Positions 48,914-58,141 of a stretch of DNA of 64,000 nucleotides are shown here, piece by piece. The translations under genes and the position numbers were made by a program. Position 1 is the first letter of the stretch, and each line of letters opens with the position of its first letter. This stretch comes from Escherichia phage BF15, in the sequence record MW822007.1. The stretch is one strand, 5' to 3'. Under the pieces are notes generated by a model that searched no databases, was not told where the DNA came from, and saw only the letters and a list, made by a program, of their open reading frames with translations.

Positions 48914-50970
48914 TACATCTTGAACTTTTTAGACATTCCATTGATGTTAACCAAAGAAGCCAAGATTTGAGAAACTTCGTTTTCCTCTTCTTTTGATTCT
49001 TCTACAAGGAATTGATTAAACCCAGCCATTGGACGAACTTCACCAGTTTCCATTAGATGGTCGCCATCATATACCGATTCTTCTAATTGTTCAGAAGGAG
49101 GAACGATTGTGCCTTCGATTAGATACTTGTTATAAGCAGTTTCTTTCATCATGTACGTACTCACTTTATTAATCTTCAGCAAAATTCCACGTGGTAAAAT
49201 AACTTCAGCTTCTGATGGAAATCCTGATAAATGTCCTGGAACGATAACTTTGATTCGCTCAGCTCCTTTAATTACCATACCCACGCTAGTTTCAGCATCT
49301 TCATTGGCATACGCAGAATGACTACCCATATGCATTAAATCTTCAGCGTCAACAGAACCTTCTCCTTCACCAGAAAATACTGCACCGGAATCATCTAGAG
49401 CCATATAGTTTTTACCATACTCACCGAAGATATTTGGTTTAAGCGATGTGGATACGAAGTTCTTGAAGTAGAACATTTTATTTTCAATATTATGACGTAA
49501 AGTTTTAAAGGTAACTTCTTGTCCACGGTAAAGTGTAGTTCCTGGAGGAAGAACTGATCCTTTGGCAAAGGCAGAATCCATTGTCTCGATGTGTTTAATA
49601 GCTCGTTCCATATATTCTTCACGGGTAGAATCCGGTTTACCTAAAAGGAATGAGTTCATTTCAACATATGAATCTGCACAATAATCTTCAATTACATCAG
49701 ACTCAGCCTGAGTTAATCCTTTTGGAGTTACTTCAGTACTTGCATATTCATACGCTTGAGAAGCAGACTCATTAATCAATTTATAAACGCCATTCATGAC
49801 AAATTGAACAATAGCTACCTTTTCATCTGGTGTGGCTTTAGAACCTTTAACTAAATCATTGACAATTTTCTTAATAACATCAAAGCTATTAGAAATATTA
49901 ATGTCAGCAAGATCACTTAAAATTTTATCAGTTTTATAATCAAAAAATTCTTTATTCTTTAAATATTCTTGAGAACCTTGATATGATATATCGCTCTGTA
50001 ACTTGATAGATGGATCACGTAAACGCGCATGAGCCAATGCAATATGATTTCGGAAGCTTTCTAATTCATAATCACTAGATTTAAAACGGGAAGCACTCCT
50101 CATACCACCGATAGCTCCTTTGCTGAAGTTTGAACCAACCTGAATAACGCCAGAGTTCATTGGTCCTTCTGCTTTATATACCGGAACTTTAGATTCAAAC
50201 TCTTGATATTTCTTAGCAGCGAAGCTATCACCCTGAAGTGAAGCATCGACAGTAGAGTATTGAGCTTGTGCTGCTAATCGACGACTAATTTTAGTTTTCT
50301 GAATAACAGCTTGATCCGTGCGCTTATCATTTTCTAAAGCAATAGAAGCAGCAACAGCGACAGCTTTAGGAACAGCATTACCTGTTTTAACGTCTACATA
50401 AACATCACCAACCTTTGATTCAACTTTTGTGAATAACTCAGTTGAAATAGGAGGTACACCTGGAATGTCTTCTAAATTAGCATTTTTACGGTAAACCATA
50501 ATATATGCGTACTTTTTATCGTAATCCCAGATTTCCTTTAAAAGAACATATCGACCTGCTCCTTTAGTACGTACTAAACGGTCGGCAATAACTTGCATTT
50601 GACGAGCTGCACCATTTGTTTTACTCTTTAGTACGCGGAATAAGCATGCGTCAATTTTATACTGTTTCATTGTTTGAAGAGCAGTATCAAAAACGGCATT
50701 AATGACGCCAATTGGATTTCCACCTAAGTTTTTAAGTTTAACTAATGATAGTTTCTCATTAACACCTATCATTACGATATGCATCATTTTATCGCCTGGC
50801 TTAACGTTTTTATTTGTATCACCGCCAGAGGTGTATGTACAAAATCTAAATCCAGGAAGCACACTTTCTTCGCCTGCTTGAATAGCAAAAATTTGAGGTA
50901 TTTTATGCTTAGGATTTAAGTTAACAACCGGCGCCGAAGCGCCGTCAAATAATTCTGTAATAAGTTCCAT
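48913..50970 (-). CDS. Alt-like ADP-ribosyltransferase, paralog A
   Basis: 685 aa (T4 Alt 682 from memory); ART-like R/STS/E motifs (LYRGQ, VSTSL, SEAEVILPRG); N-terminal 240 aa strongly similar to the adjacent paralog. Confidence 0.85.
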   Translation of the reverse strand: MELITELFDGASAPVVNLNPKHKIPQIFAIQAGEESVLPGFRFCTYTSGGDTNKNVKPGDKMMHIVMIGVNEKLSLVKLKNLGGNPIGVINAVFDTALQTMKQYKIDACLFRVLKSKTNGAARQMQVIADRLVRTKGAGRYVLLKEIWDYDKKYAYIMVYRKNANLEDIPGVPPISTELFTKVESKVGDVYVDVKTGNAVPKAVAVAASIALENDKRTDQAVIQKTKISRRLAAQAQYSTVDASLQGDSFAAKKYQEFESKVPVYKAEGPMNSGVIQVGSNFSKGAIGGMRSASRFKSSDYELESFRNHIALAHARLRDPSIKLQSDISYQGSQEYLKNKEFFDYKTDKILSDLADINISNSFDVIKKIVNDLVKGSKATPDEKVAIVQFVMNGVYKLINESASQAYEYASTEVTPKGLTQAESDVIEDYCADSYVEMNSFLLGKPDSTREEYMERAIKHIETMDSAFAKGSVLPPGTTLYRGQEVTFKTLRHNIENKMFYFKNFVSTSLKPNIFGEYGKNYMALDDSGAVFSGEGEGSVDAEDLMHMGSHSAYANEDAETSVGMVIKGAERIKVIVPGHLSGFPSEAEVILPRGILLKINKVSTYMMKETAYNKYLIEGTIVPPSEQLEESVYDGDHLMETGEVRPMAGFNQFLVEESKEEENEVSQILASLVNINGMSKKFKM

Positions 50971-50973
50971 GAT

Positions 50974-53070
50974 TTATCCTTGAACGAACTTGTAAGGCAT
51001 GTTTGCAATATCTATGCAAGATGCAATAATTCCAAGAGATGATTCTACTTTTTGTTTAACATTTGATGAAACAAATGATGCAAAGTCAACTCTGTCTTCT
51101 ATTTCAATATCACCTGTCATTGCAACTACTTCGCCGGTTTCCATTAGACGGTCACCGTCATAAATTACTGATTCGGTGAGTTCTTCCGTAGTCATAACTT
51201 CAGCTTGAATGAGTTTTGTATTATTAGATGTTGTTCCGTCATTATTAGAAGCATCAGTTATTTTATTAACTTTGACCATCAATCCGCGTGGTAGAATAAC
51301 TTCAGCTTCTGTTGCTATTCCGAGACTTCCTGGATATACAACATTAACTTTATGAGCTCCATCAATTGCCCATCCTATTTGAACTTTAACGTATTCAGGA
51401 TTTTCTTTATACGCTCTTATTTCGTTTGGATTAATAGTTATTCCTTCTTCATTTTTATCAACTGTCAATTCATTACGAGCTTCTGGTTCTAAAAGACCAA
51501 TACCAGCATGTGTAATTCCAAAACGTCCAAAAATGATAGGAGTTAAAGAAGTAGATACAAAATTTCTGAAATAGAACACTTTATTTTTAACTAGTGCTTC
51601 GTATATAGGAGCAGTCATGCTTTGAGCACGATAAACTGTAATGCCTTCTGGTATACGGTCACCATTTTCAAAAGCTGAATCTAAATTATTTATCGCAGAT
51701 TCAATTTCTTTTTCACTCATTACATCATATCGTTCTGGATTGTAGCGGCCTAAAAGAAGATTATTGATGTCAGTATATCCTGATCCACAATACTCTCTAA
51801 TGCCGCGCTTTTGCGATGGAGTATATTTAGAACCATCACGGGCAATAGTAATATCAATCATTGGACCTGCACCAATTCCAGAAAAGCTATAAATCATTCG
51901 TTTGAGGAATTTAGTTTTTGCTGCGTTCCAGGAATTTTTAGTTATTTCTTCCCAGACTTCATCTGGCTGCCCTTTACGAGTTTTATTATGTTTATCAAGC
52001 CAATTATCTTTATATTCTTCAAAGAATTTATTAACAGCTGCTGCGTATTTCTCTAAACATTTTATTGAAGTAGTTGGTTCATTTTTGATCGCGTTAAAAA
52101 TTACATCTTTAATTTTTTCAGAAACTTCATCAACCTCACTTTTTGGAAAGAATTTATAGTCATAGTGAAGTTCATCTGCGGTTCCTTCGGCAATGATTTT
52201 TGCTGCCTTAGTTTTAGAAGCTAATGAATTAATTCCAAGCTTCATTTCTTCTGCTTCGGGAATTAAAGGAGCAGTAGCAGGTTTATTGAAATTAGCTGCA
52301 GTAGATTCATACTTCTGGAATAATTCGCTTTCAAATCTAGAAGATTCTAATGATTGACTTTGCGCAATTGCTCTACGGGAAATTTTAACTTTAACAATAA
52401 CAGCTTGGTCAGAACGTTTATCGTTTTCTTGCGCAATAGATGCTGCAATTGCCTCATTTTTAGTTACTTGAGCTCCAGTATCTTTATTGATATAAACATC
52501 GCCGACTTTCGATTCAACTTTAGTAAAGAGCTCGGTACTAATTTCTGGAACTCCTGGAATGTCTTCTAATGATACATTTTTGCGATGTATAAGAATATAT
52601 GCATACTTTTTATCGTAATCCCAGAGTTCCTTAAGAAGGACGTATCTGCCACCTGAACGACTACGGATAAGTCTATCAGCAATAACTTGAATTTGTCGAG
52701 CTTGACCAGCAGTTTTAGACTTAAGAATACGAAGCATGCAGGCATCAATTTTATACTGACGCATCGTTTGCATCGCAACAGTAAAAACTGAATTGATATA
52801 ATTAATTGGGCTTGGACCGAGACCTTTTAATTTAGCAATTGAACCTTTAGCAGTTAATGTAAAAGGAACAATATGCATCATTTTATCGCCCATTTTTAAA
52901 TCACGGTTAGTATCACCTCCAGATGTATAGGTACATAAACGAAAGCCTGGTTGTTCAATTGCGTCATCGACATGAACTGAAAAAATTTGTGGTATTTTCT
53001 TCTTTGGATTTAAGTTTGTAATCGGAAGAGTAGTATCTTCGTCAAATAATTCTGTAATAAGTTCCATCAT
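50974..53070 (-). CDS. Alt-like ADP-ribosyltransferase, paralog B
   Basis: 698 aa; ART-like motifs VYRAQ, VSTSL, TEAEVILPRG; N-terminus MELITELFD... near-identical to paralog A; TATAAATA 21 nt upstream. Confidence 0.85.
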   Translation of the reverse strand: MMELITELFDEDTTLPITNLNPKKKIPQIFSVHVDDAIEQPGFRLCTYTSGGDTNRDLKMGDKMMHIVPFTLTAKGSIAKLKGLGPSPINYINSVFTVAMQTMRQYKIDACMLRILKSKTAGQARQIQVIADRLIRSRSGGRYVLLKELWDYDKKYAYILIHRKNVSLEDIPGVPEISTELFTKVESKVGDVYINKDTGAQVTKNEAIAASIAQENDKRSDQAVIVKVKISRRAIAQSQSLESSRFESELFQKYESTAANFNKPATAPLIPEAEEMKLGINSLASKTKAAKIIAEGTADELHYDYKFFPKSEVDEVSEKIKDVIFNAIKNEPTTSIKCLEKYAAAVNKFFEEYKDNWLDKHNKTRKGQPDEVWEEITKNSWNAAKTKFLKRMIYSFSGIGAGPMIDITIARDGSKYTPSQKRGIREYCGSGYTDINNLLLGRYNPERYDVMSEKEIESAINNLDSAFENGDRIPEGITVYRAQSMTAPIYEALVKNKVFYFRNFVSTSLTPIIFGRFGITHAGIGLLEPEARNELTVDKNEEGITINPNEIRAYKENPEYVKVQIGWAIDGAHKVNVVYPGSLGIATEAEVILPRGLMVKVNKITDASNNDGTTSNNTKLIQAEVMTTEELTESVIYDGDRLMETGEVVAMTGDIEIEDRVDFASFVSSNVKQKVESSLGIIASCIDIANMPYKFVQG

Positions 53071-53090
53071 ATCCTCTCTAGTGTTTATTC

Positions 53091-53098
53091 TATTTATA
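53091..53098 (-). promoter_or_regulatory. late promoter for Alt-like paralog B
   Basis: Plus strand TATTTATA, 21 nt upstream of minus-strand ATG 53070. Confidence 0.65.
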
Positions 53099-53103
53099 AA
53101 ATT

Positions 53104-53121
53104 AAAGGCCCGAAGGCCTTT
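53104..53121 (-). terminator. terminator after ligase / 62-aa ORF (minus strand)
   Basis: AAAGGCC-TTCG-GGCCTTT hairpin on minus strand followed by AATTTTAT; next element is a late promoter. Confidence 0.6.
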
Positions 53122-53308
53122 AATAATCTAGTGGTAAGAGAGTACGATATATTTCAAACTTTGGCCCTTTTTCATAGGCATCAAATGTTTCTGTAAATTT
53201 ATTATAAGCATATGCATCTACAAATTCGAGAACGATTTGTGATACAGAAGTAGAAACATCTCCACCTTCTTTTTGAGCCACGACAATTGTTTCTAAGTAA
53301 GCTTTCAT
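53120..53308 (-). CDS. hypothetical small protein
   Basis: 62 aa ORF whose start overlaps the ligase stop (ATGA coupling); ends in terminator hairpin. Confidence 0.5.
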   Translation of the reverse strand: MKAYLETIVVAQKEGGDVSTSVSQIVLEFVDAYAYNKFTETFDAYEKGPKFEIYRTLLPLDY

Positions 53309-54765
53309 AAACCAGTTACCTCATGAAAATCACCAAATACATCCTCAAATGTATTAGCTTTAGTTTTATCTTCACGTAAACGAATCGCAATCGGAAGAAA
53401 TAATTTAACGTAATCAGTGCGGCCATCAGATTTTAACCAACCATTGCATTCGCACTCTAGAATTTTTCCAATATAATAATTTTGGTTTTCCATAATGCGA
53501 GTACGGTCAAGTTCATGTGATTTTACGCCAGCTTTATCTTTTAAGCCTGAACCTGCATTTACTTTAATTTTTCCACACTCTGATTCAAGAATAAATCCAC
53601 CCGCTTTAGTAGGGTCTTTACGGTGAGGATAAATTCCTACAATTTTTAAATCAACATCAATTACTTCTTTAAATTTATAAAGATTTTTTGAACGAGCATT
53701 TTCCCACAATCCATCGATATTTTTGAGAATAATACCTTCAAGACCTTGGTCAATATACTTTTTATAAATTACCTTAGCTTCATCTAGGTTATTTACTACC
53801 TGGTTTTCAATTAAAATTACTTTATCATATCCTGATGTCATTTGTTCTAGTTTAGAAAAACGTACATCATATTTTAAACGAAACGCCGGAAGACCGTATA
53901 TTTCTACCAACGGAACATAATCCCAGACCTGAAACTTCATGCATTTGGCTTCTTTTTCTGAAATAGTTCCCTTTAAAGATTTATTGGCGATTCCATTAGA
54001 AGCAGTACGAGATTCAGCTACTTCGGCAAACTCTTTAGCTTTACTATTTTCAGGAGCATCAAAAAGAAAATCTAGGCCTTCTGGTTCCTTTTCAACTTGC
54101 TCATGGTATACCAATTCGCCATCGATTAACACGCCTTCTGGATGAATCTGGCGGGCTTCAGCAGTCATTTTGATTAACTCTTCCTTAAGAAGATCTAATC
54201 CTAGGTATTCATTGCCAGCTCGTGATAAAAGACGAACATCATCTAATTCATCACCTCTGACTTCAGCAAAACACCGAGCTCCATCTGCTTTTAACTGCGC
54301 AAAAGCTGGAAACTTGATATTCTTACTAATGCCTTTTTCATCATAAGAACTTGCCAGCATTTGAGGTTGTTCAGGAATTAAACCTGGCCAAACTTTGTTT
54401 GCAATAGATACTGAAGCACCGCATTCAAGGTCTCGCATCATAACTCGACGCAAAACTTCAACATCATCCTTTTTACCATCGGTGATATATCCAGTTAATT
54501 CCTCAATTGCTGCATTGCCAGTTAATTTCCGAGTAGCTAACGTAAATTCAATAAAGTCAAGCATATCGGTAATAGTCAGCATTCCAAAACTCTGGGTAGC
54601 AATACCAGGTTTAGGCCATTTCTTGATATAATACTGTAACCCACGAGAATAAGTCAGACGATATACTCGTTTAAGCAATTCATTATTTTTATTCTTTTCA
54701 AGAATTGCTTGCTTCTGTTTAGTTGATCCAATAGATGCTATTTCATTCAGAATTTTAAGAATCAT
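53305..54765 (-). CDS. 30: ATP-dependent DNA ligase
   Basis: 486 aa; adenylation motif KADGAR; N-terminus MILKILNEIAS... as T4 gp30. Confidence 0.95.
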   Translation of the reverse strand: MILKILNEIASIGSTKQKQAILEKNKNNELLKRVYRLTYSRGLQYYIKKWPKPGIATQSFGMLTITDMLDFIEFTLATRKLTGNAAIEELTGYITDGKKDDVEVLRRVMMRDLECGASVSIANKVWPGLIPEQPQMLASSYDEKGISKNIKFPAFAQLKADGARCFAEVRGDELDDVRLLSRAGNEYLGLDLLKEELIKMTAEARQIHPEGVLIDGELVYHEQVEKEPEGLDFLFDAPENSKAKEFAEVAESRTASNGIANKSLKGTISEKEAKCMKFQVWDYVPLVEIYGLPAFRLKYDVRFSKLEQMTSGYDKVILIENQVVNNLDEAKVIYKKYIDQGLEGIILKNIDGLWENARSKNLYKFKEVIDVDLKIVGIYPHRKDPTKAGGFILESECGKIKVNAGSGLKDKAGVKSHELDRTRIMENQNYYIGKILECECNGWLKSDGRTDYVKLFLPIAIRLREDKTKANTFEDVFGDFHEVTGL

Positions 54766-55031
54766 TGTTCATCCTTCAGAGTTTGATTTACATCTCTATT
54801 ATAAATCAATTCATCATTAAGCTCAGGCAAAGACTTATGATATGTCGTTCTAACTTTATTTCCTTGCATCCAGTGCTTGACGTAAATGAAACCTTGCTCT
54901 ACACATTTTTTAAAAATTCGTTCGTCTTTTTGAGCACGGAATTCTGGATTGCATCTAAAAAATTGATTTACGTGACCGTAATCACGTGTAGTATTACCTT
55001 CATTTTCATAAATAGTATGAACAACAAACAT
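54762..55031 (-). CDS. hypothetical protein (30.1 position)
   Basis: 89 aa ORF, start/stop overlaps with both neighbours on the minus strand. Confidence 0.6.
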   Translation of the reverse strand: MFVVHTIYENEGNTTRDYGHVNQFFRCNPEFRAQKDERIFKKCVEQGFIYVKHWMQGNKVRTTYHKSLPELNDELIYNRDVNQTLKDEQ

Positions 55032-55870
55032 TAGAATGCTCCTTGAAAAATATTATCACCACTAGTAGGTCTATTATACAAATACTCTATGCCACCAGGT
55101 TTAATATAGTTCCATGTCTGAAACGGATGTGTCTGATATGGATGATATAGATGATTATAAGGATTAAATCCAGGCGTTCTCCAGGTAGTGTTCCAAGGAA
55201 AAGAATCGTTTTTAACCATCTTCTCAATTAAATCTTTTATAGCTTTTTCACTATCAAAACTTTCTTTATTTTCCTTCGGCGAAAAAAGCTTATTTTCTAC
55301 ATCATTCCATGTATAAACTCGCTGCGCAGTTTTTGGAATATTATCACGCTCCCCTCGAGCCATCCAATAAACAGGAACATTTAATATTTCACTCGCATGA
55401 TCGCAGTGATGAGCGAGATCGTCAATATAACAAATTACGTTATATTTCTCTTTTGCCTTTTTGAACAGCTCTTCTTTTGAAGAATCATGACCACACATCA
55501 TTACTTCCGAGAAAGCACCAGGAAAAAGAGCATTCAAATTAAATTGACGATTCAATAAAGCGTCAATAGAATCACCCAATGCTGTAACAGCAACAAAATT
55601 ATAATCTTCTTTTAATTTGTTAATTACACACAGGGCATCTTTATACGGAGACAAGTAACGAATAAAATCTGAACGATTGTATTTTTCAATTAACTTGACG
55701 CCAAGTTCTTCGTCACAATTAAAGAGTTTACCTGGAGAAATAAATTTCTCATCTTGGATCATTTTTAAAATATGTTCTAACGGAAGATTATATTTCTGAG
55801 CAAAATAAGGAAGGCCTGATTGCCAGCTTAAACATACTCCATCAATATCAGTCAAAATAGTTGGTTTCAT
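55031..55870 (-). CDS. HAD-superfamily-like hydrolase (30.2 position)
   Basis: 279 aa; N-terminal LTDIDGV resembles HAD motif I (DxDG[TV]). Confidence 0.6.
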   Translation of the reverse strand: MKPTILTDIDGVCLSWQSGLPYFAQKYNLPLEHILKMIQDEKFISPGKLFNCDEELGVKLIEKYNRSDFIRYLSPYKDALCVINKLKEDYNFVAVTALGDSIDALLNRQFNLNALFPGAFSEVMMCGHDSSKEELFKKAKEKYNVICYIDDLAHHCDHASEILNVPVYWMARGERDNIPKTAQRVYTWNDVENKLFSPKENKESFDSEKAIKDLIEKMVKNDSFPWNTTWRTPGFNPYNHLYHPYQTHPFQTWNYIKPGGIEYLYNRPTSGDNIFQGAF

Positions 55871-56331
55871 AGAGAGTCTCTTAATAGGTTTAACACATCA
55901 ATAAATTCAGCTTCGGTTAGTATTGTATCATCTTTTGTTAGACCACTAGCCATGCTGTGCTTCAAAACTTTTCCTTTCGAGGCTTGTAATGCATCACGAA
56001 AACCCCTGTTTTGGATCGCTGCTTCAAAATATGCATTTGTGTATAATTCTTTCCATGCTTCGGAATATCTTGAAAACGGAGTTCCAAGCCAGAACAACGT
56101 GCCACGGTCCTGAGCTCTTGCATAAGCTCGTCCAGCTTTTTGCGCGTCCAACCCGGACATCCCAAATATACGTCTTTGCTGTTCAACATTTTTCACCTTA
56201 CATCCTTGGAGGAATCCTTCTAGACCTCCAAATTGAATACCATCCATAACGAAAGGCCATTGGGCGAAATTGCTTAATGCACATGATGGCCATTTAAAAT
56301 TGCTTCTAATCTCTAACTCAGACATTTTCAA
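55867..56331 (-). CDS. NADAR / YbiA-like (DUF1768) protein (30.3 position)
   Basis: 154 aa; segment LSNFAQWPFVMDG resembles the YbiA/NADAR N-terminal signature. Confidence 0.6.
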   Translation of the reverse strand: MKMSELEIRSNFKWPSCALSNFAQWPFVMDGIQFGGLEGFLQGCKVKNVEQQRRIFGMSGLDAQKAGRAYARAQDRGTLFWLGTPFSRYSEAWKELYTNAYFEAAIQNRGFRDALQASKGKVLKHSMASGLTKDDTILTEAEFIDVLNLLRDSL

Positions 56332-56524
56332 TACTTATAATTTCAACATCAGCCCAATGACCATAGCAAGGAAGACGAAATTCAACTGGCCAGTTAGGGT
56401 CCTTTTCTAATATAATAGACTGAACTTGTGACTCTTCATATTCATCGGTATACGGACCTTTATACGTTACTTTATATGTGACCTTAATGTACTGAATTCC
56501 AAAAATCTTATTAATTATATTCAT
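56318..56524 (-). CDS. hypothetical protein
   Basis: 68 aa ORF in codirectional overlapping array. Confidence 0.5.
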   Translation of the reverse strand: MNIINKIFGIQYIKVTYKVTYKGPYTDEYEESQVQSIILEKDPNWPVEFRLPCYGHWADVEIISIENV

Positions 56525-56718
56525 ACTAATTCCTTTAATCCGTAAATAGGAGATAATTCATCACCCATACGAAGGTCTTCATTTCCATCTACCCAGGAAA
56601 CAATATAAGCCTCTTTTATTTGAATACCACTCCATTTAAATGGAGATAGAACCTTAGAAATTAATCCAGGTATACCAACTCCCTTTAATTCAACAGTTTG
56701 ACCTAAAAAGAATTTCAT
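56521..56718 (-). CDS. hypothetical protein
   Basis: 65 aa ORF in codirectional overlapping array. Confidence 0.5.
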   Translation of the reverse strand: MKFFLGQTVELKGVGIPGLISKVLSPFKWSGIQIKEAYIVSWVDGNEDLRMGDELSPIYGLKELV

Positions 56719-57056
56719 TAGAACCTCATCTGAAAACCGTGCGATTTAACATTACCACCACCAATGTCAGAAATATTAATTTCACGCGCAATTGAAGGGT
56801 CAATGTCAATTTCACGATTGAGTTTAACGATAGCTAAAGTATCGCGCCCATTTACACTACGGAACTCTAAGGGGCAGACTACATTAACGTAGTTTTTAAT
56901 CGATTCACTGGTAGGTTGCAAATGAGCAGGAAGGCCTTTAGGCGCCTTTGAGAAAACCACTTCACAGAAATTTTTACGGGTATCAAAATAAGTAGTCATA
57001 AACATAGTATTTTCCTCAGTAAGGGGCCGAAGCCCCTGTTTTATTTTAAATATCAA
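56718..57056 (-). CDS. hypothetical protein
   Basis: 112 aa ORF; RBS GAGGA just upstream of 57056. Confidence 0.55.
   Translation of the reverse strand: MIFKIKQGLRPLTEENTMFMTTYFDTRKNFCEVVFSKAPKGLPAHLQPTSESIKNYVNVVCPLEFRSVNGRDTLAIVKLNREIDIDPSIAREINISDIGGGNVKSHGFQMRF
57022..57050 (+). terminator. plus-strand terminator-like hairpin inside minus-strand early gene array
   Basis: AGGGGC-CGAA-GCCCCT followed by GTTTTATTTT on the plus strand. Confidence 0.4.
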
Positions 57057-57411
57057 ATTCGTTAAGAACTACATCAAAGATTGCTTTAAGATGCTCAGGT
57101 TTAGCTCTGTTACTCAGAATATGACGAATCCAAGTTTTAACCAGAAGCTTACGATTGACGCCATTCCAGCAAGGATGAGTACCTAAATCACGTTGACGGA
57201 AATCATCATCTAATGCGATTTTAAAAGAAGAACCTTCTTTCGTGATTGAAACCGTGATGCCATTTTCAAATCGCATATAAACGTAGTTAGGAGTCATATA
57301 CTGTTCAATTTCACATACTGATCCATTTTGATGTTTCCAAAGGCAGATAGTATCAATAGAACCTGCAATACCGTTAGAAACATATTTACGTTCAAAGTTA
57401 ATGTAGTTCAT
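57046..57411 (-). CDS. hypothetical protein
   Basis: 121 aa ORF in codirectional array. Confidence 0.55.
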   Translation of the reverse strand: MNYINFERKYVSNGIAGSIDTICLWKHQNGSVCEIEQYMTPNYVYMRFENGITVSITKEGSSFKIALDDDFRQRDLGTHPCWNGVNRKLLVKTWIRHILSNRAKPEHLKAIFDVVLNEFDI

Positions 57412-57479
57412 TTTTATTCTCCGAGATATTTAATTGCGGTACAGGTATATAATATCATATCCTGTACCAAAGTAAACAA

Positions 57480-57812
57480 TTATTTTACTACTTTCCAATG
57501 TTGCATGTCAAGTTTACCAACTTTTTTCATCTTCTCAATTAAGCGTTCGGCACGCTGGCGAGCTGTAACATAATACCATTCACCTAATTCATTTTGTTCA
57601 ATTTTTCCAACGATTACTGTATTCAATTCATAAATCCAACCAGTAAAGAAATTATGAACTTGGATTGTAAAGGTGAAATCTGTTCCCATACCTTCTGTTG
57701 TTTCTACTTCAATAATATCACCTTCAACTGCCATTAAGAACCACATAGTTTCGTTATATTCACCATTGAAGCATTTAGTTTTAACTGTGGCGTTCAGATT
57801 AATCGTTTTCAT
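57480..57812 (-). CDS. hypothetical protein
   Basis: 110 aa ORF; early-type promoter motif upstream. Confidence 0.55.
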   Translation of the reverse strand: MKTINLNATVKTKCFNGEYNETMWFLMAVEGDIIEVETTEGMGTDFTFTIQVHNFFTGWIYELNTVIVGKIEQNELGEWYYVTARQRAERLIEKMKKVGKLDMQHWKVVK

Positions 57813-57839
57813 TTTATTCTCCTTTGTTTGTGTAAGATA

Positions 57840-57869
57840 ATACTATCACAAAGGAACTATACTGTAAAC
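57840..57869 (-). promoter_or_regulatory. T4 early-type promoter (GTTTAC-N18-TAGTAT) for 110-aa ORF
   Basis: Minus strand GTTTAC (57864..57869), 18-nt spacer, TAGTAT (57840..57845), between terminator and ORF start. Confidence 0.45.
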
Positions 57870-57884
57870 AACTTTATGCAATCT

Positions 57885-57918
57885 TTGGAAAATAAAAAAG
57901 GACTCCCGAAGGAGTCCT
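57885..57918 (-). terminator. rho-independent terminator after basic 72-aa ORF (minus strand)
   Basis: AGGACTCC-TTCG-GGAGTCCT hairpin followed by TTTTTTATTTT on the minus strand. Confidence 0.8.
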
Positions 57919-57922
57919 CAAC

Positions 57923-58141
57923 TTATGCTTTCTGCTTACCAAAACGAGAAGCATCATCTCGAAGAACCGCACGTGCTCGGCGCATGATCTTCTCAACAGT
58001 TTGATTGATACGAGAGTTCGACCCACGCTTGTAACCAGCGCGTTTAGAATCACCAACTTTCTTTTCAACTGCTTTCTTTGCTTTAGCTTGTTTTGCCATT
58101 ATAAATTCTCTTTTAAATGAAAATGCAGGACTTATTGGCAT
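57923..58141 (-). CDS. hypothetical highly basic small protein
   Basis: 72 aa Lys/Arg-rich ORF (may start at internal MAKQAKAKK); followed by rho-independent terminator. Confidence 0.5.
   Translation of the reverse strand: MPISPAFSFKREFIMAKQAKAKKAVEKKVGDSKRAGYKRGSNSRINQTVEKIMRRARAVLRDDASRFGKQKA

Noticed and set aside
54765-55034. 89-aa plus-strand ORF exactly mirroring the minus-strand 89-aa ORF
   Set aside because: Hydrophobic low-complexity translation typical of AT-rich antisense; the minus-strand ORF fits the operon with start/stop overlaps to both neighbours
57874-58068. 64-aa minus-strand ORF
   Set aside because: Alternative frame overlapping the basic 72-aa ORF and running through the terminator hairpin
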